Positions 63,278-64,000 of a stretch of DNA of 64,000 nucleotides are shown piece by piece. The position numbers and the translations under genes are program-made. The stretch comes from Cenococcum geophilum (lineage: Eukaryota). Under the pieces are notes generated by a model. The model was not told the DNA's origin, searched no databases, and worked only from the letters and a program-made list of their open reading frames with translations. The stretch covers positions 28,954,001 through 29,018,000 of the forward strand of contig CP158635.1 in assembly GCA_050273025.1 (NCBI GenBank), read 5' to 3'. How positions within the stretch are numbered: position 1 is the stretch's first letter; each line of letters starts with the position of its first letter.

Positions 63278-64000
63278 TACACCGCTACTAACATGCCATC
63301 AGCAAGCAGCGGCAACTTAGAGACGAGCTTTGATGATCTGGAATGGGGATATGAGGCTAATACCGCCATTAACATTCCACTAGAAAGCAGCGACAACGAA
63401 GAGACGAGGTTAATGCTCTGCAATGGGTATATAAGGATTATTCCTACACCTAAGTTTTAAACTCTTAACATAATATAATTATTTGACTATTTATAAAGTA
63501 GAACTAGTAGTGACGCCTAAGCTTATAAGAGAAACCGTCACAATTGCACTAATGCTGCCTCCGCTCCCTTTCCATTTAATATATTACGGCCCGGCTTAGT
63601 AATAACCCTAACCGCTCTTAACCTTTAGAACCTTATTACTATCTAGGACCTATAAGTCCCTATAATAGCTAAATACTAACGTGTAAATAACCAACTTATA
63701 TGGATAATATATCTAAGTATACTTCCCTGTAAAATAGAGTGTTAGGCCTATTATAAGGGAAACATTATCTGCTTTAACCCCTAGCCTATAAAGTATTTCT
63801 GGCATCTTTAATCTTAGTATCTTGTTTGTGTTAGCCGTCCGACTTACTATAGGAGTAAGCTAAAGTAAACGTATATTTATAGCATGTTGGCGCGCTTAAA
63901 AGCTTTCCCTAGTCTCCCCTAGACCGATAAAAGGGTTAGTAGATGTTTCGTTGGTTTGTGTAATATTCTTAATTGTCTTCTTAAGGCTGGACTGTGCGAG

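Larger units (their letters stand above)
60309..63440 (+). pseudogene. Acidic 27-aa tandem-repeat protein gene, split by Copia G
   Basis: NMPLASGDNMETSFDDLEWGYEANTAINIPLESNDSEETRFDALQWVYEGYT | ATNMPSASSGNLETSFDDLEWGYEANTAINIPLESSDNEETR reads through when G is removed. Limits uncertain. Confidence 0.6.

Overview
This is a eukaryotic window, almost certainly from a filamentous ascomycete. It is AT/TpA-rich heterochromatin-like DNA heavily mutated by repeat-induced point mutation (RIP), and I see no intact host gene. Bases 1-38 kb are a nest of transposons whose insertion order can be read from target-site duplications (TSDs). A minus-strand Ty3/Gypsy element (B) was hit by three further Gypsy elements (A, C, D). 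A was in turn hit by a chimeric LINE. After these come a long-TIR DNA element with a pogo/Fot1 transposon inside its left TIR, and a near full-length Tad1-type LINE carrying a non-coding LTR element (E). Bases 38-64 kb hold RIP-degraded genes: ankyrin repeats, a DUF3435-like tyrosine recombinase (Starship 'captain'-like), a multi-C2H2 gene and two genes with 81-bp repeats. These are interspersed with two MITEs, a chromovirus with a candidate extra 3' ORF (F) and an internally deleted Copia (G). The top observations are: (1) a TSD-bounded MINE-like chimera joining 1.7 kb of unknown GC-rich sequence to a 5'-truncated LINE; (2) a probable fossil Starship; (3) a 42-bp palindrome-containing module shared in opposite orientations by different Gypsy families; (4) co-varying self-priming LTR/PBS complementarity across several families. 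All protein calls come from manual translation with RIP stops read through. No database searches were run.
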